Assembly: GCA_049724395.1 (NCBI GenBank)
Contig: JAUGWO010000073.1
Location: forward strand, 1-57,749
Direction: 5' to 3'
Origin: Spongospora subterranea f. sp. subterranea
Taxonomy: Eukaryota
DNA length: 57,749 nucleotides
This document shows, piece by piece, positions 54,976 to 57,749 of the stretch. How positions within the stretch are numbered: position 1 is the first letter of the stretch; the number at the start of each line of letters is the position of its first letter. A program made the translations under genes and the position numbers. The notes beneath the pieces were generated by a model. It did not search any database, had not been told where the DNA came from, and saw only the letters and a list, made by a program, of their open reading frames with translations.

Positions 54976-57474
54976 TCAGTCTTTTCTCCTGGACAGCAGA
55001 TCAACGTCCCTCCTCAGCCTCTGAATCCGTTCCAGGGATCCCCTGCGCCGTATCCCCGCCAGTCGCAGCTCCTCGTCCCGCATCGCATTCCACGTTGACG
55101 ACCCGGCGTCCTGAGCGGCAATCGCCCCCGAATCCCCAATGTCGTTCTCCGTTGAAGTGGGCGGCGCCTTCGCTGTCGTCTGTCGATGCGATCGCTGCAC
55201 CATATCCACAATCTCGTCTGGCTGGCGCGGTTGCCTCCTATTCGAGGCTCTAACGGTCGCCTTCGGCGCCTTGGAACCGATATCGGATCGGGGAACGTTA
55301 CCGATCCCGGAAACGTCGGGAACGTTACGCAGGGCGGCGATCAACGGGGAAACGGGAGTCGAAATCCGCGAGGTTTCGGGTGACAGATTGCCGGTCGGCA
55401 TCACCATCTGCGGATTGGCCGATGGATGCCGAACCGACATGTACGAGAGCGCGTTCCAGTCGGTCAAGCTCTGTTTGGCCGTGGAGCGGCGGCGCTGATC
55501 ACGCGATCTCGGCGTGCGATCTTCGTGGGCAACGGGGCTATTGTCGGGAGGGTTAGGATTGTCGATCTGGTTCAAAACCGTCGGCGCCTCAGTCGCAATT
55601 GGATTCTGTTCGGGACCGAGTAATTCATCGTGTTCCGTATTGGGTCGTTCCGGCTGTGCCCAATCCGCCATCGCCAACCTGACCGTGGATTGTCCCCGTG
55701 ATCGCTGACCGGTTTCGGCCGTGGCGATCTTCCGCTGCAGGTACTGTATCCGCTCTCGCAGCCCTTCGTTCTCTCCGGTCAATATCACCATCTCTTGGTC
55801 CGGTCCCGACACCAACCGATCATGTGTGGCGATCAAGTCGGCGATTTGCCCTTTCAGGGATTTGTTGGCGTTCTCGCTGGCCAGTAATGTCTCAGCGGCG
55901 GATTCCATCTCCTTCGCGTGCTCCAGCTGAACACAACGGATTCGTGATTGCGTCTCCTTCTCGAACCTGCTGATGCGTTGATTCTGTTCCGACACCACTG
56001 CCCTCATCTCGTTATACGCCCTGGCCATCATCGAACTGGCAGTTTCATTGTTAGGTTCCGTCGTTTCCTCATTGTTCTTGACGTTGTTCCCGTCGTTGCA
56101 GTCGTCCACGGTCCCCGTTTTCCTCGAGGAATCGACGACCATTCTCAAAGGCGGCGTCGACTGCGATCGATTGTGGTTTCCTCGTTCGTTCATCACGCCA
56201 TTGAACACAATCCGTTCCGAGTTTCTCGCGAACGCCGTCTCGTCCAACGACCTCCTTCGCGACGGCATTCGTCGACGCCCGCCGATCGCCAGCAAATGCT
56301 GCTGCCGATGCTCTTGCTCGATGGCGACCTGCAGCGACGCCACCTCCCGTTCTTCCTCCTTCACCCGTTCCTCCGCCCGCCGCACAACGGCGCTCTGCTT
56401 CTCGAGCACGTCCGTGGCGTTCTTCAACCGCTGTTCCAGCTGTCCGATCATGGCGTCGCTGTCCTGGACCTTCGCCGCCAACCCCATATTCTGTTGGCTC
56501 AGCTCCTGAACCTGTCGATTATGCGTTCTCAATAGCTCATTCGCCTGATCCAACGCTTTCCCAATCGTTGCCAGGCGCCCTTCCAGCCCGTTGATCTGCG
56601 TGTGCGTTCCGCGAAGCTCCGCCTTCTGTTCGTCAATGATGGTGCGCATTTTCGCATTCAGGTTGGTCAGTTCCATGATGCGCTCGTCCTTCGTCTTCCG
56701 TGCGTTCTGAAGCGAGGTCATCAGCTCGTCAACCTGGTCGCTGCTCTTAGTCAAGGCCGTCTTCAGTTCGGCGTTGCGCAAGCGTTCTTTGTGGAGCTGT
56801 TGTCGATCGACGTCCTGCTCGTTGATCGCCGTCTGCATCAGCTGTTTCGCGTCTTTGACGGCGACTTTCATCTGGTCGTTATCACTGGTCAATCGCTCTT
56901 TCTCCTTCCTTAGCTCCTTCGTCTCCGCCTCCCTCGTCCTCAGCTCGTTCCTCTCCACCGCCTCCACCTCCTGCAATTTCTCCAGCTCCAGCGCCATCGC
57001 CGCCAATCTGCTGTTCCGCTCCCTGATCAGGGCCTGCGCCTCCCCCAGCTCCATCCGCGAGTTCAACGCCCTCAACATCTCATCATCCCTCTCCCTCGTC
57101 ATCACGTTCAACGATTGCGTCAACGCCTTCACCTGTTCCTCCAACGTCGTCGCCTGTTTCGACCGCGTTTCCAACGCCACCTGCGTTTGCGCCAGGCACG
57201 TTTTGATCGCCCGTGTGAGGGTCTGTTCGCGATCCAGCTCGCCCTGAAGGTGATCGCGGCTGGCGTTCAGCGTCTTGATCATGCCCAGATGGTGCTCCAT
57301 GCGCAGCGACATATCGTGATGCCGGGCGCGGTCCTCGGCCTGCTTCTCGACCAGCGCCCTGATCCTGGCTTCGGCGCCCTCGTACTTGCCGGACAGGTCG
57401 TTCCGCTCGGTCGTGACGGTCATCAGACGCAGCGACAGATCGTCGATCTCACTCATCGACACCCTGAAACCCAT
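54976..57474 (-). CDS. Long coiled-coil protein with disordered C-terminus
   Basis: Intronless 832-aa ORF, E/K/R/L/Q heptads over the first ~400 aa, GC3-biased codons. Confidence 0.8.
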   Translation of the reverse strand: MGFRVSMSEIDDLSLRLMTVTTERNDLSGKYEGAEARIRALVEKQAEDRARHHDMSLRMEHHLGMIKTLNASRDHLQGELDREQTLTRAIKTCLAQTQVALETRSKQATTLEEQVKALTQSLNVMTRERDDEMLRALNSRMELGEAQALIRERNSRLAAMALELEKLQEVEAVERNELRTREAETKELRKEKERLTSDNDQMKVAVKDAKQLMQTAINEQDVDRQQLHKERLRNAELKTALTKSSDQVDELMTSLQNARKTKDERIMELTNLNAKMRTIIDEQKAELRGTHTQINGLEGRLATIGKALDQANELLRTHNRQVQELSQQNMGLAAKVQDSDAMIGQLEQRLKNATDVLEKQSAVVRRAEERVKEEEREVASLQVAIEQEHRQQHLLAIGGRRRMPSRRRSLDETAFARNSERIVFNGVMNERGNHNRSQSTPPLRMVVDSSRKTGTVDDCNDGNNVKNNEETTEPNNETASSMMARAYNEMRAVVSEQNQRISRFEKETQSRIRCVQLEHAKEMESAAETLLASENANKSLKGQIADLIATHDRLVSGPDQEMVILTGENEGLRERIQYLQRKIATAETGQRSRGQSTVRLAMADWAQPERPNTEHDELLGPEQNPIATEAPTVLNQIDNPNPPDNSPVAHEDRTPRSRDQRRRSTAKQSLTDWNALSYMSVRHPSANPQMVMPTGNLSPETSRISTPVSPLIAALRNVPDVSGIGNVPRSDIGSKAPKATVRASNRRQPRQPDEIVDMVQRSHRQTTAKAPPTSTENDIGDSGAIAAQDAGSSTWNAMRDEELRLAGIRRRGSLERIQRLRRDVDLLSRRKD

Positions 57475-57749
57475 TTCAGCTATCTCAACCGCTCAACGAA
57501 AGATCAATATTCGGCAGTTTCTTCATACGATTCATTTCGAACAATGAAAAATTGAAAACAACATCAAAACGACCATTGATTCTCCATTTTCCTCCGGGTT
57601 CGGAGCTTTTCCAAAACTCACGGAATCTGACGTGAATTTTCGACCACGAACAGTGGAAACGCACATTCAACAGAATCGCAATTACCGCAATTGCATTCCG
57701 ATCTTACGAAGTTGAACAGATTGCAGGTAGATTTTGCACTGCATGGCGG

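Noticed and set aside
55014..57555. Numerous overlapping ORFs within the coiled-coil gene
   Set aside because: Antisense or alternative-frame shadows of a GC-rich coding sequence

Overview
This is eukaryotic, gene-dense DNA with very short (~50-60 nt) GT-AG introns. IFT80 indicates a flagellated stage; together with a secreted-type ankyrin gene and the compact intron style this suggests a plasmodiophorid-like protist (inference only). The core segment (~9-41 kb) encodes a DGK1/dolichol-kinase-type CTP transferase, a MYST acetyltransferase, GID4, a complete lamin (CDK site, IF rod, NLS, lamin-tail domain, CaaX), ADA3, RCHY1, a CS-domain protein, RPL39, an aminoadipate/aromatic aminotransferase, a CDF zinc transporter, an MscS-like channel, mitochondrial-type MetRS and IFT80. 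The left accessory flank holds Harbinger debris, a modular one-exon-per-repeat ankyrin gene bracketed by ~200-bp direct repeats, and a Ty3/Gypsy remnant. The right accessory flank holds a chromovirus remnant, a G-rich minisatellite, two paralogous His-rich secreted proteins, and a plant-type DD39 mariner with both TIRs that is split by ~3.1 kb of cargo containing a ~770-bp fold-back of an unknown ORF. Local inverted duplications recur throughout. Several single-base frameshifts, including one in RPL39, suggest assembly indel errors. All exon boundaries and identities were read by eye and are approximate.
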